From: Octopus vulgaris
Lineage: Eukaryota
Assembly (NCBI GenBank): GCA_951406725.2
Contig: OX597815.1
Span: 30,132,001 to 30,196,000, forward strand
Direction of reading: 5' to 3'
Length of the DNA stretch: 64,000 bases
Part shown: positions 31,451-43,846 of the stretch, piece by piece
Layout of the letters: every line of letters begins with the position of its first letter
Numbering within the stretch: position 1 is the first letter of the stretch
Notes under the pieces: generated by a model
What the model saw: only the letters and a program-made list of their open reading frames with translations
Told to the model about the DNA's origin: nothing
The model's database searches: none
Translations under genes and position numbers: made by a program

Positions 31451-31485
31451 GTTTCTGACGAAGAGCTCCGCTCGAAACGTTAAAA
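31451..31485 (+). ncRNA. Minimal type I hammerhead ribozyme motif within ~200-bp repeat (31388-31591)
   Basis: GTTT-CTGACGA-A-GAGC-tcc-GCTC-GAAAC-GTT-AAAA: intact CUGANGA and GAAA cores, 4-bp stem II, palindromic ACGT in place of stem III, short stem I. Confidence 0.7.
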
Positions 31486-31587
31486 ATCCTCTTTCTTTCT
31501 TTCCTTTCCCGAGCGTCCAATGATACTATACTTGTTCCACGTCCTCGCGTTGTTGTGTTTTCTCTTTGACTTTTCATGTTTGGATTA

Positions 31588-31643
<56 letters not shown>

Positions 31644-32766
31644 CGCACATACTGATAGATATACGCTCGTGCGTGGTGCGTGAAATGTGAGTCTATGTGT
31701 TTGTGTGTCTGTGAGAGCTGGCGTGGTGTCTGTAGATGATTATTTAATGAAGTTATTAACATGATTTAATGCAAGTTTCTTACTCTATACCAGCTATCTT
31801 TAGCTTATTGGAATTCTTAATTCTTAATTTGTGCATCTACATGAAACCATGTATGGATTAAAGTAGATTATGTTATGTTTACATATACAACATTGCCTAC
31901 ATCATTCTTCACAGCAGGAATGGTGGACTGTAATAGTTAAACTCGTAAACCATAACTTACATAATCTAGGCGTAACACTTATACACATGTAGATACAGGG
32001 TATCACACACGTTTACTGAGATTGTATTGTGTTATGTTACCAAACTTAATTTTCTCTAGTGGTGGCAATATATATTATACATAAGCACAATGCGTAATAC
32101 AAATATATCATCATTTATCACTCTGGCATCAGTAAAGAACAAAAGCAAACAGAGATTGCAGACAGAAATTTATGTGTGGAGTGTTTAGTCTTGAATATAG
32201 ACATGGACACGCAACAGATTAGAAAATTATCCTTTAAAAGCACACACACACACACACACTCACGCATACACAAACAAATACACACACATACAAACACACA
32301 TGGACACACACAAACACTCATGGACACACACACACACACACAAGCACTATTGATAGAGAGATAGAGAGAAAGAGACAGAGAGAGAAGGAGAAAGGAAGTG
32401 AGCATGCGCGCGTATATATGTGTGTGCGCGTGTGTATGTATGTGTGTGTATGCATGTGTGTGTACGGGATCAGTTTCTTAGAATTGTCTACTTTCAAAAG
32501 GTAAAGAATTTGTAAATATCTTGTTTTCAGCAACCAGGAAACGAAAGCAGTAAAATGGTATTTGGTATGTTTAATAAATTCACTTCTCAGCCTAGTTCTG
32601 GTTGTTCCAGGTTCGATTTCCATTGACGGCATAATGAGAATCTACACTGATCTGCTATTATAAAATTTTACCTCAGCTTTGGCTTTCTGCGGACTAATGC
32701 ATTAGAACTTAAATTTGTCAGATTGAAACTGTGCAAAAGCACACTGTATATTCACATACACATACA

Positions 32767-32803
<37 letters not shown>

Positions 32804-32860
32804 AATTTATAACTAATACAATCAATTGTATTAGTTTAACGCCCAGGAAGGTGAGAAAGT

Positions 32861-32896
32861 CTTTTACGTTTCGAGCCTACGCTCTTCAACAGAAAG
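32861..32896 (-). ncRNA. Hammerhead motif, second subfamily (repeat ~32800-32962)
   Basis: Reverse complement reads CTTT-CTGTTGA-A-GAGC-gtag-GCTC-GAAAC-GTA-AAAG: perfect stems I and II, core variant CUGUUGA. Confidence 0.6.
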
Positions 32897-33011
32897 AAAC
32901 ACGAACAAATAAACAGAGAGAATATAAAAAAACTAGTGGATATAGCGGTCAATCATGGCGATTATCTATAGATAGATGTATACATACATACATACATACA
33001 TGCATACATAC

Positions 33012-33047
<36 letters not shown>

Positions 33048-33051
33048 GAAC

Positions 33052-33082
<31 letters not shown>

Positions 33083-33369
33083 ATAGACAGATACTTAACT
33101 ATATATATATATATGTATGTACGTACGTATGTATGTATGTATATATATATATATATATATACATACATACGTACATACGTATATACAGTTAAGTATCTAT
33201 CTATCAATCCACATATCTATCTATATATCTATCTATATATCTATCTATCTATCTATCTATATACATATGCACACATATACATATATATGTACCGACTAGT
33301 TTTCGACACTCCATTTTGAATGCTAGCTGCATTCATTTCAAGTGCAAGAGATATCTACTAAATTCCTAC

Positions 33370-33870
33370 ATTATAAAAGCAGGAAACCTTAACAGACAAG
33401 AGATATATGTTGTGCAAAAGCCAGATCAATATCGAATAAAATTAGATAAAAGAATATATCAGGAGATAATGTTAACCCTATTGCGATTAATGCGTCAAAA
33501 GACTATTGGTGGAATTTAAAATTTGAAACAGCTGCCTACTAAAAACCCCAACCGACCAGATGTTGCGTGGGATCACATGAAAAAATAGTCTCTTGTAGAA
33601 ATCAGTTACTCTATAGACACCAATGTGGTTCGAACAAAAAACAGGGTAAAGAAAACATTTATGGAATATTGATAAGGAGTTTGAAAGTACAGTACCCAAA
33701 ATGCTTTTTAATTTCCATGCTGGTGCAACATGACAACTATCAACCCATGTAGATCAAAGTACAAATAAACATGGGTTGTTGGGGAAGGAATGCAACACCT
33801 TTATTCATTCACTACAAATAATAACATCTGGGAAAATAAAAATCTGCAAGACATTAATATTTAAAGGATG
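33370..33870 (+). pseudogene. Highly decayed RLE endonuclease region of a third non-LTR lineage
   Basis: Frameshifted mosaic WWNLKFET / NPNRPDVAWDH..*SLVEISYSIDTNVV / KKQGKENIYGILIRSLKVQYPK ... KICKT fits the RPD...(D/E)...K pattern of RLE domains. Confidence 0.55.
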
Positions 33871-34938
33871 CTTTCTTTTTGAAAACTTTGCAGCCAAGTA
33901 AGCGACCGGCTAAAGTTCACTCTGTATTAAAAAATAGGAAAGAAAAAAAAGAAAAGAAGCATACACAAATACATATGCACACATATACCATAAACACGCC
34001 TACACACAGACACAAACACACACACGCACAAACACGTTCTCTCTCTCTCTCTGACACACACACACACACACATACACACGCACACACACACACACTCACA
34101 CACAAACGCACACACACCGAGACAGACAGACCAAGCTATCAGTGATTAATTCCAATTAAATCCAGAGAATAATTGTGTTTTTTTCAACCAATTTTGCAAA
34201 TTTATAGAAAACAGTGAAAAGTTTAGAGCGAGTGTACAGCTGGTTCTTGTTGACTAAGGCTGGTCACATGACCGGATTAGTTCCAAAATTGTCTCTGTAT
34301 GTTAAGGAAGTACCATGTACCATGGATACTTGCTTAACAGAACTAACTGGAACTGGCTGAAACTAATATTTCTGAATTTAGGTCTTCTGATGACCAAAAG
34401 CTGCAAGAGAAACCTCCTCTGGTGGTGACAATTGAACAATGCCACTCACAATTAGTAAAAGCATTCAGTTCAATTAGTCATTAGATTGCTGAAAGGTAGC
34501 GAGCTGGCAGAATCTTTAGCGCGCTGGACGAAATGCTTAGCGGTATTTTGCCCGTTCTGAGTTCAAATTCCGCTGAGGTCGACTTTGTCTTTCATCCTTT
34601 TGGGGTCGATGAATTAAGTACCAGTCGAGTACTGGAATCGATGTAATCGACTAGTTCCCTCCCGCCAAATTTCAGGCGTTGTGCCTATAGTAGAAAGGAT
34701 TGTTAAATTGCTGAATTTCCAGACAAATTGTGACAGAGGTATTGAATTTTCCCCCGTTCTGAAAGGGTAGCGATATGGAAGGAAAAGATTTTTGAAAGTG
34801 TTCGGAGTTGGGCCTTATCATTTTCTTAATACCATCGGGAAGTGACTGGTAAATTGGTTTCCATAGTTTCGATGGTTGGTAGGGTGTTGGAAACGTGATT
34901 ACGGTTATAGTATTAATAATCAAAGTGTAAGATGTGAA

Positions 34939-35270
34939 GGCGCATGGCTCAGTGGTTAGAGCGTCGAGCTTACGATCGTGAGGTTGTGAGCTCGAATCCC
35001 GGACCGGGCTGCGTGTTGTGTTCTTGAGCAAGACACTTTATTTCACGTTGCTCCAGTTCACTCAGCTGTAGAAATGAGTTGCGACGTCACTGGTGCCAAG
35101 CTGTATCGACCTTTGTCTTTCCCTTGGATAACACTGGTGGCGTGGAGAGGGGAGGCTGGTATGCATGGGCGACTGCTGGTCTTCCATAAACAACCTCGCC
35201 CGGACTTGTGTCTAGGAGGGTAACTTTCTAGGTGCAATCCCATGGTCTGTGTCGTGACCGAAGGGGTCTC
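34939..35270 (+). mobile_element. tRNA-derived SINE with CORE-like central domain (decayed relative at ~105-245)
   Basis: A box TGGCTCAGTGG and B box GAGCTCGAATCCC, then TGTGTTCTTGAGCAAGACACTTT..CAGTTCACTCAGCTGTAGAAATGAG, which resembles the MIR/CORE consensus as I recall it. Confidence 0.8.
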
Positions 35271-35557
35271 CGAAGATGGGAAAGATATTACATTTATACA
35301 CGTTAGAGAAATGATACTCTCTCCCAGAATTATGAAATTACGAGGTACATTAATTGTGAACTCCAGGTGATGAGGTGGATTGAATCAAATTAGTTTCCAC
35401 TACTACCGTATGGTGAATGGAATCCTGTAAAACCGTTTTCATATGCAGATTACGCTTTTCTTTCGTTTGCAAACATTAAAGTTGTGCGTTCACACACATA
35501 CACACGCGCGCGGGCACACACACACATGCACACACGCGCTCATATATATATATAAAA

Positions 35558-35787
35558 GGCGGCGAGCTGGCAGAAACGTTAGCACACCGGGCGAAATGCG
35601 TGGCCGTATTTCGTCTGGCGTTACGTTTTGAGTTCAAATTCCGCCGAGGTCGACTTTGCCTTTCATCCTTTCGGGGTCGATAAATTAAGTACCAGTTGCG
35701 CACTGGGGTCGATGTAATCGACTTAATCCGTTTGTCTGTCCTTGTTTGTCCTCTCTATGTTTAGCCCCTTGTGGGTAGTAAAGAAAT
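35558..35787 (+). mobile_element. Abundant SINE with Meta-like central domain (best copy); others at ~12000-12200(-), 12243-12450(-), 13225-13385(-), 13445-13650, 14470-14635, 14810-15018, 17090-17300, 27430-27560(-), 34495-34700, 38270-38450(-), 39594-39780, 52293-52500, 55550-55670
   Basis: Head GGCGAGCTGGCAGAA..GAGTTCAAATTCC, followed by GAGGTCGACTTTGCCTTTCATCCTTTCGGGGTCGATAAATTAAGTACCAG, repeated throughout the window. The Meta-domain resemblance is from memory of the consensus. Confidence 0.85.
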
Positions 35788-35811
35788 ATATATATATATA
35801 TATATATATAT

Positions 35812-36358
35812 GAAGTAGTTGTGTAAAGCCGGAACAATGCGAGAAGGTGCAAAGTAAACTACAAATTGAAAAGAAGGCAGAACTCCCCTTCTTCAGGACA
35901 TTCGGAAAAGCGGGTGGTTTGAAAAAGTTCGTTGCTCAGAAGTGTGTATGTGTGTGTGTGGGGGGAAGAGATAGGGGAGGAAGAAGAAGGTGACCTACGC
36001 GGACATGTGTTACTATAGCAGCCAGTCTGCTCCGTATAGTTCCTTCCTCTTGTGAATAACTGGTTTCCATTTCTTTATAAAGAGTGCTTCAATAAGTCTT
36101 AGACCGCATCTGTTGCATTAGGTTGCCTTGATGGAAACTTTGAAGTTCTGGGTTAGGCTCTGCTTGAGGTGTTTCTTTTCTCGAAGTATCTGTCTGCATA
36201 TGCTCCTTTATACAGATTTGTAGTTTCCGGAAGTTCTGAAAAGTGGGTCTTCACCCCGAAATATAGAAACAGAAGGAAAAGCTGCAACTTTGATTCCTTT
36301 TCAATTTGTAGTTTACTTTGTACCTTTTCACATTGTTCTGGCTTTACTCAAATACATT
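35812..36358 (-). mobile_element. Penelope-like element remnant: GIY-YIG C-terminus between inverted terminal repeats (pLTR-like), flanked by (TA)n
   Basis: Minus-strand translation of 36165->36013 is KQSLTQNFKVSIKAT*CNRCGLRLIEALFIKKWKPVIHKRKE..*, with IKEH upstream in another frame. 35821-35875 is an inverted repeat of ~36294-36349. Both arms contain hammerhead-like cores. Confidence 0.7.
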
Positions 36359-36361
36359 CTT

Positions 36362-36417
<56 letters not shown>

Positions 36418-36421
<4 letters not shown>

Positions 36422-36715
36422 CGTGATCGTGACCGACCAGGCTACCAGATGTTGCTACACATCGCTGGTCACAATGCGCTTCGCATTGTTTTAGCCTTCA
36501 AATGACGCCACCCCGCTGGCTAAGCGAGCAGGCCAACAGAAGAAAGAGTGAGAGAAAGTTGTGGCGAAGGAGTACAGCAGGGATCGCCACCACCCCCTGC
36601 CGGAGTCTTGTGGAGCTTCAGGTGTTTTCGCTCAATAAACACTCACAACGCCCGGTCTGGGAATCGAAACCGCGATCCTACGACTACGAGTCCGCTGCCC
36701 TAACCACTGGGCCAT
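36418..36715 (-). mobile_element. tRNA-derived SINE, same head/body as the 25632 copy but a different 3' part
   Basis: Shares ATGGCCCAGTGGTTAGGGCAG..GGTTTCGATTCCCAGACCGGGCGTTG..TTCGCCACAACTTTCTCTC, then diverges. Confidence 0.85.
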
Positions 36716-36789
36716 ATACATAGACGAAGACAGGGGAATGAGCAACAAGCAGGTGTATTAGTTTAACACTGGGAAGAGTGGAAAAAAGT

Positions 36790-36817
36790 ATTTGACGTTT
36801 CACTCTTCGGCAGAAAG
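36790..36817 (-). ncRNA. Decayed hammerhead motif (stem II partly deleted) in repeat ~36722-36860
   Basis: Reverse complement reads CTTT-CTGCCGA-AGAGT-GAAAC-GTC-AAAT. The flank (gtattagtttaac..ggaag) matches the 32800 and 28340 copies. Confidence 0.4.
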
Positions 36818-37032
36818 TATTAAAAGGAAAAAAAGAAAAAAAACAAACAAAACAAAATGGAGAGAAAAATATGTAGAGAAAAATATGTACAGTTCATCTC
36901 TCTCTTTCTCTCTCTCTATGTATGTATTTATGTATGTATGTATGTATGTATGTATGTATGTATGTATGTATGTATGTATGTATTTACGTATGTATGTATG
37001 TATGTATGTATGTACGTATGTATGTATGTTTG

Positions 37033-37063
<31 letters not shown>

Positions 37064-37157
37064 GTATGTATGCATGTTTGTATGTATGTATGTATGTATG
37101 TATGTATGTATGTATGTATGTATGTGTGTATGTATGTGTGCATCTATCAATCTATCA

Positions 37158-37217
<60 letters not shown>

Positions 37218-37791
37218 GATAATCAAACATAATGGAGTTAACAAGTCCGTTATTCTATTGAATTACAGTAGTTTTATTGAAAATTGATCTCATGAGCATT
37301 GATATATTATGCAATACGCATCCTTTGATACATGAGATCAAAAACACAAAACTGAAGATCGGATATCCAGAATCATGCATAAGAGTTCTTTCATTTGAAT
37401 TACCGATAATTTATACCTATATTGAGTTGGGCGTGTCCAAATGGTTACATTACATATTACAAGCCAAACAAGGCAAAACAACCTTGGTTTGAGTTGACCG
37501 GTCAAGATGAAGGATGGCTCGAAAATAAGTATAAAAGAAAACGTTTTTGTTTTCAGACACAAATTATGTATACATTATAGTTTAGTCAACAGTTTCTGTC
37601 ATGAAGATACTTTGTAGTCATTTTGTCTGCCACTTAATAGCAGTCAGCGATAAATTTGCACCATAGGGGTTAGATGATATTTACCGTAGAATCCAGCTGT
37701 CATATGAAAACATTGCCCGCACGCGCAAACCCAGACAGACAAAAAAGATAGAAATTTCATTGATATTTAGTGGCATATGATAATTAGCAAC

Positions 37792-38205
37792 TCTCTCTTT
37801 TACTCTTTTACTTGTTTCAGTCATTTGACTGCGGCCATGCTGGAGCACCGTCTTTAGTCGAGCAAATCAACCCCGGGACTTATTCTTTGTAAGCCCAGTA
37901 CTTATTCTATCGGTCTCTTTTGCCGAACCGCTAAGTGACGGGAACGTAAACACACCAGCATCGGTTGTCAAGCAATGCTAGGGGGACAAACACAGACACA
38001 GAAACACATACACACATACACATATACATATATAAAAACATATATACGACAGGCTTCTTTCAGTTTCCGTCTACCAAATCCACTCACAAGGCATTGGTCG
38101 GCCCGGGGCTATAGCAGAAGACACTTGCCCAAGATGCCACGCAGTGGGACTGAACCCGGAACCATGTGGTTGGTTAGCAAGCTACTTATCACACAGCCAC
38201 TCCTG
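37792..38205 (-). mobile_element. Abundant ~400-bp SINE with an internal TA/TG microsatellite (best copy); others at ~6748-7133, 7580-7695, 23740-23960, 27960-28320, 28598-28766, 31022-31365(-), 49080-49612(-), 50495-50840
   Basis: Sense GGAGTGGCTGTGTG.TAAG..GCTTGCT..GGTTCAGTCCCACTGCGTGGCATCTTGGGCAAGTGTCTTCT..GAGTGGATTTGGTAGACGGAAACTGAAAGAAGCC, a microsatellite, then a conserved 3' half ending in (GAGTAAAA)-like repeats. Confidence 0.85.
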
Positions 38206-39308
38206 CAACAGGGAAAAAAAGAAAATTTAAATTTAAACTTCAGCAGACACAAACTTAAATGATCTTCGTTTCAGAATTTGGTGCAAGGCCAACAACTTCG
38301 AGGTAGGGATAAGTTGATTACATCAACGCCAGAGGTCAACTGGTGCTTTTTTTTTTTTAACATGTCGACCTCAACGGAATTTGAACTCAGAACGTAAAGA
38401 CGAACGAAATGCGCACTGAGCATGTTATCTAGCGCGATAACAATTCTGCCCCCCTCACTGCATTACAGATTTAAATGATCTTAAATTTGCTTATATGCAC
38501 AAAGATGAAAACGAAAAAAGAAAAAAAAATGTCTTTCCTAAATTCTTTCCAAATGACTTAATCAAATTTTCAAACGTGTAGAATGTTCCGTTACAAATAA
38601 ATACTTGAGATATCCTGCTACATAAGCGGACACTCTCATGAATATATCATTAATTAATGGATCATATTTTTCAGAAAAAGTCATTCCATGCTGATGATAT
38701 ATATACTCGAAATGCGTTGTTACAAGGTCCCTTTAGAAATCTTCGCAACTTCTTGAGAGTTTACTTAACCCTATTGTAACAATGTCTATTAATCAGGTGT
38801 CTTTAAATAAGAAATACAATACCTCTTTCAGATAAAAAAAAAAGAGACTGCATAACTTACACTTTGTGTTATATTGAAATGCAGTCCTTACTACAGACCA
38901 GCAAATGCTGTGTGGAATCTCCTTTTTGATCAGATGCCAGTCAAGGTTCGCCAAGGAAGTATTGCTTCTATTGTTTCTATCACAAAATTAGGCAACATGG
39001 TTACGCCATCGATTTTTGCAAAAGTCAGCAATTGCACTAATATATGCATATTCCATTCCTTCAGTCTTGACAAAGCATTTATATATAATGATTTTACAGA
39101 GGCTCTCGTTATCCAAAGGACAGGCGCCTCTATTTTTGAATTCCATCTTTAAAAATTTCACCATTCGCACCACTAAACGTTCTCTTGGAATTGCTCAGTT
39201 CCTGCTATCTTCAGGAATGATGAAATAAGTACCATTTGAGCAATACAATCGAATATACCCTTCACCAAAAAGAGAAAAGTTCAGGCCCTGTACCTATAGT
39301 AGAAAGAA

Positions 39309-39415
39309 ATCTTCTTCTTCTTCTTCTTCTTCTTCTTCTTCTTCTTCTTCTTCTTCTTCTTCTTCTTCTTCTTCTTCTTCTTCTTCTTCTTCTTCTTCTT
39401 CTTCTTCTTCTTCTT

Positions 39416-39446
<31 letters not shown>

Positions 39447-39502
39447 TCATTATTATTATTATATTATTATTATTATTATTATTATCATTATTATTATTAT
39501 TA

Positions 39503-39568
<66 letters not shown>

Positions 39569-39592
39569 CATTATCATCATTATTATTATTAT
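39309..39592 (+). repeat. Compound microsatellite: long pure (CTT)n then (ATT)n
   Basis: Direct reading; ~135 bp of uninterrupted CTT. Confidence 0.95.
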
Positions 39593-39776
39593 TTAGCACG
39601 CCGGGCAAAATGCATTTCGTCTGTCTTTACTTTCTGAGTTCTAATTCCGCCGAAGTCTACTTTGCCTTTCTTTCATCCTTTCGGGATCGATAAAAATAAA
39701 AACAGGTTGAGCACTGGGGTCGCTGTAATCGACTTATCCACTCCCCCGAAATTGCTGGCCTTGTGCCAAAATTTGG

Positions 39777-39876
<100 letters not shown>

Positions 39877-39893
39877 CATCATCATCATCATCA

Positions 39894-39937
<44 letters not shown>

Positions 39938-39938
<1 letters not shown>

Positions 39939-42907
39939 TATGTTTGACTTTTGCTTTATATTTGTACAAGTTGGCTCCAAGTCTCACCCAGAGACCTCAA
40001 GAGACAACAGGGTTGGAAGTTCATGTTGTTGTTATGCCTAGTATGCCATATATTTGGGGGGTGGGGATGTTGTACTAATGAATGTCTAAAAAAAAAAAAA
40101 AAAAAAAAGTTTTTTTTTTTTTTTTTTTTTTTTTAAACCGAAAATTATGTTTGTTTTAAACCTTGAGATTACATAGAGAGTATTTTGCGTAGGATATGAG
40201 CAGTTCCCATGAGCACTATCTTTTGAACTTCTGCCATTTTGGGGTTTCCTGGTATCTGAGTTAGGTAGCTATCAGCCCCTTTTGCTATCATTCCCAGGGC
40301 ACCTATGACAACAGGTATTGTTTTAGTCTTCAGCTTCCACATTTTGCTGATTTCTATTTCAAGATCTTTATATTTGCTCAGTTTTTGGTAGGTCTTGACA
40401 GATACGTTTATATCGATTGGGACAGTCATATCAATGAGGAGGCATGTTCTTTGTTTGAAGTTTTTCAATATGATGTCTGGCCTATTTGCATCTATCTTCC
40501 TGTCAGTTTGAATGGTGAAGTTCCAGAGGAGTGAGATGTGGTCATTTTCAAGCACTGGGGGTGGTTTGTGTTCCCACCAGTTTTTTTCATGGGGCAAATC
40601 CAGGTTTTTACAGATTACCCAGTGAATATATTGTGCAGCTCTATCGTGCCTGTTGAGATACTCTGTAGGCGCTAGAAGACTGCACTTGGAGACCACATGG
40701 TCAATGGTTTCATTTTGTTGCTTGCATACACGACACGTTGGACTGCTTCTGATCTTTAATATGTTGGCCTGGTAGTTTCTTGTTGGTAGGCATTGATCTT
40801 GAGCTGCTATGATAAACCCCTCTGTTTCAGATTTTAAGCCAGAGGCCATTAGCCATTGATGGGTCAGGGCTTTGTCGATATCTGCATTATTCGCTCTCTT
40901 TGGGTATTTGCCATAGAGAGGTTTTTCTTGCCATTTATTATTCAGAATATCTAAGGCCGCAGTTTTGGCACGGGTTTTCATGCGCCTAGCTTTTTCTGTG
41001 CTTGTTTCTTGTATATCTATCTCTAATTCCGAAATTGGTTGTATTCGGAATTCACTTAGATATTCCTTTGCCTGTTTTGTGACTGAGTATGACGCTTTCT
41101 TGTTTTCATGTTTTGAGACAAGTTTTAGCATCCAGTCCTCAGAGTTTTTCAGGTAGGTGTCTAGGCCAATTGTAGCAATCTTCATTGTTATTGCCAGTTG
41201 CAAAAGACCACGGCCTCCCTCTTTTCTTGGCAGATAGAGTCGTTCTGTATCTGCCTTAGGGTGGTGCATTCTATGCATTGTCAACAGTTTCCTTATTTTT
41301 CTGTCGAGCTGACATATTTCAGTAATTGACCAGTTAACAATATTGAAACTGTAAGTCACGACTGGTATAGCTAATGCATTGATTGCTTCGATCCTGTTTC
41401 TTGCATTCAGCTCTGTTTTGAGTATTGCTCTCACTCTTCGATAGCATTCTCTCCTGATCCTTTCCTTCATCTCTGAATGCCTTATTCCGTTCCCTTCAAT
41501 TATCCCTAGGTACTTGTAGCTCTCCGCTGGGTCTAGTTCTTTTATGACATTCTGTTGGTCAAGGTTAACGTTAGATGTTTCTGTCATTTTTCCTTTGATA
41601 AAGGTAGCCTTTGCACATTTATCGAGGCCGAATTGCATTCTGATGTCGTCACTGAATTGTTTGACTATCGCTAGTAAGCCCTTGAGTTGTTGATCATTTT
41701 TTGCAAAAAGCTTTAAATCATCCATGTAAACGAGATGATTTATATTTTTATCAAACATTTTATACCCGTACTGCGCATCATTGAGCAGCTTTGAGAGAGG
41801 TATTAAGGATAAACAAAAGAGGAGTGGTGACAGTGAGTCACCCTGGAAAATGCCACACGAAATTTTTACATCACCAGCATTTAGGGATTCACTGTCACTG
41901 TTCAGAGTTAGTGTGGTTCTCCATGATCTCATACTTACAGTCAAGAAGTTTCGCAGAGTTGGTGCTATCTTATACATTTCAAGGCATTTCCTAATCCAGC
42001 TATGTGGTAGGCTATCAAAAGCCTTTTTATAGTCTATCCAGGCTATTGACAAGTTTTTGTGTCGTTTGTGACAATCTTCTAAGATCATCTTATTGATGAG
42101 TAGTTGGTCTTTACAGCCATAGGATCCACGTTTACATCCTTTCTGTTCATTAGGGAATATGCTGCTGTCTGTTAAAAAACTATAGGTATATTCCGTCAGG
42201 ACAGATGTTAGTGTTTTGTACATAGTTGTTAAGCAGGTTATGGGTCTATAGTTTTTTGGTTCATTTGTTTCTTCACTTTTTGGAAGCAGGAATGTTAACC
42301 CATTAACTAGCCAAGGAGGCATCCTACTAGGGTGTTGCAAAACATCATTGTACAGTTCTGTTAGCAGTTCATGGCTCTCTGGGAAGGCATTCAGCCAGAA
42401 GTTAGGAATTTTATCCTTTCCTGGAGACTTCCATTTGCTTGACCTCCTGAGAGCAGATCTTATATCTTCTACCTTGACACCCTCCCACTTTTGCTCTTCT
42501 AAGGGGTCCAGTTCTGTAGATATTCTGTCAATCCAGGGGGCCTTTTCGTTGTGTGTTTTTTCTTCTGCCCAGATTTTATTCCAAAATCTCTGCACTTCTT
42601 CTTTTGATGGTACAGACCCTGCAGTAAACGCTGTTTTTCCTATCTTCCTGTAAAAATTCTTGGTGTTATTTTTGAACATCTTGTTGTCCTTGAAAAATCT
42701 AACACGCTTTTCATACCTCGCTATGCGGGCAGCTTTGGCAGATACCTTTTGTTTGATGGTTTCTATGGTGGCATCAATATCAAGTATAGTTTTCATATTG
42801 TATTTTTTCAGTAATTTTTGGGTTTTTGTAGGTTTGGTAATCTTGTGAGCCTTAAGGTTTTTCAAATATTCAATGTCAGATCTAAATATTTTAATTTGTT
42901 GTTGCAG
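39938..42907 (-). mobile_element. 5'-truncated R4/Dong-like LINE inserted in an (AAT)n microsatellite
   Basis: Element-specific sequence starts at 42907 (Leu codon next to a pure ATT run). A ~230-bp 3'UTR ends at 39938 and abuts an ATT/ATC tract (39781-39937), which reads as a (TAA)n tail in element sense. Confidence 0.88.
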
Positions 42908-42954
<47 letters not shown>

Positions 42955-43048
42955 CATCATCATTATTATTATTATCGTCGTTGTTGTTGTCGTTGATGCT
43001 GTTGTCGTTGCTCTCATTATTGTTGTAAATGTTATTGTTGCTGCTCAT
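40169..43048 (-). CDS. R4/Dong-type non-LTR retrotransposon ORF: reverse transcriptase + CCHC zinc knuckle + restriction-like (PD-(D/E)xK) endonuclease; first ~47 aa are microsatellite-derived poly-Asn
   Basis: Uninterrupted 959-aa ORF with RT motifs KSPGKD, NYRPITCL, QKGC, IDYKKAFDSLPH, GIFQGDSLSPLLF, YMDDLKLF, YKYLG; then CRVC-x8-H-x4-C, RHD and RPDIIL..LLIDMTVP..K..KY, ending GTAHILRKIL. No APE domain. R4/Dong assignment rests on this architecture plus the (AAT)n insertion site. Confidence 0.93.
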
Positions 43049-43756
43049 ACTCTCATTGTTGCAAATAGTTATTTCATTAGTATTTCTATAATTATTAGGA
43101 CCATTACTACAATTATTACTATTCGCGCTACTATTTCTCTGATCACGATGTTCCGCCCTGGATAAAATCGGTAATCTTTAGTCTTTAATAACGACCCGGA
43201 ATAATTGAACACAAAGACACACACACACTCTCTCTGTCTCACACACACACTCTCTCTCTGTCTTACACCCACACACACACATACACACACACTTAATATT
43301 TTTGAACCAATGGATATATGTCGATTAGTATATTGAAGTGTTGAATAGAGCACTGTCACAGTTTGGGCAATCTGGTGTCTTACACAGTTGGGGTGTGTTT
43401 TCGTTATATCTACTTCAGGAATTCCGCAGTATTAGTTGAGTCATTATTGAGTGAGAAAGCAGTGCATGCCATCAAATATACGAAGCCCAGTACACCCATC
43501 ATGACTACCTGTCTGATAAGGGTACACCGGGCACATGCATCACGACCATATGTGCGCGACGTGTTGATCTCATATCAAGATTAACAGCGCATGACTATGC
43601 AGGTGGAGACACTAAGGGACATGCTGAACTGGTTTAGGTCAAACAACTGATAAGCAAATCTATGGTACTGAGCAGAACATTTGCTGTTGCCCATCAAGAC
43701 CAAACAATGTACATGATAACACTTCCAATCAGTTAAGATCAAAAGCGATGAGAGCT

Positions 43757-43792
<36 letters not shown>

Positions 43793-43846
43793 ATTATTAT
43801 TATTATTTTTATTATCATCATTATTATTATTATTATTATTATTATT

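Noticed and set aside
34939-35010. tRNA-like sequence
   Set aside because: No proper acceptor stem or terminator, and it runs straight into a SINE body; the same holds for the heads at ~25860-25927 and ~36650-36715.
40965-43165. Plus-strand ORFs overlapping the retrotransposon
   Set aside because: Antisense shadows of the RT ORF, short and without motifs.
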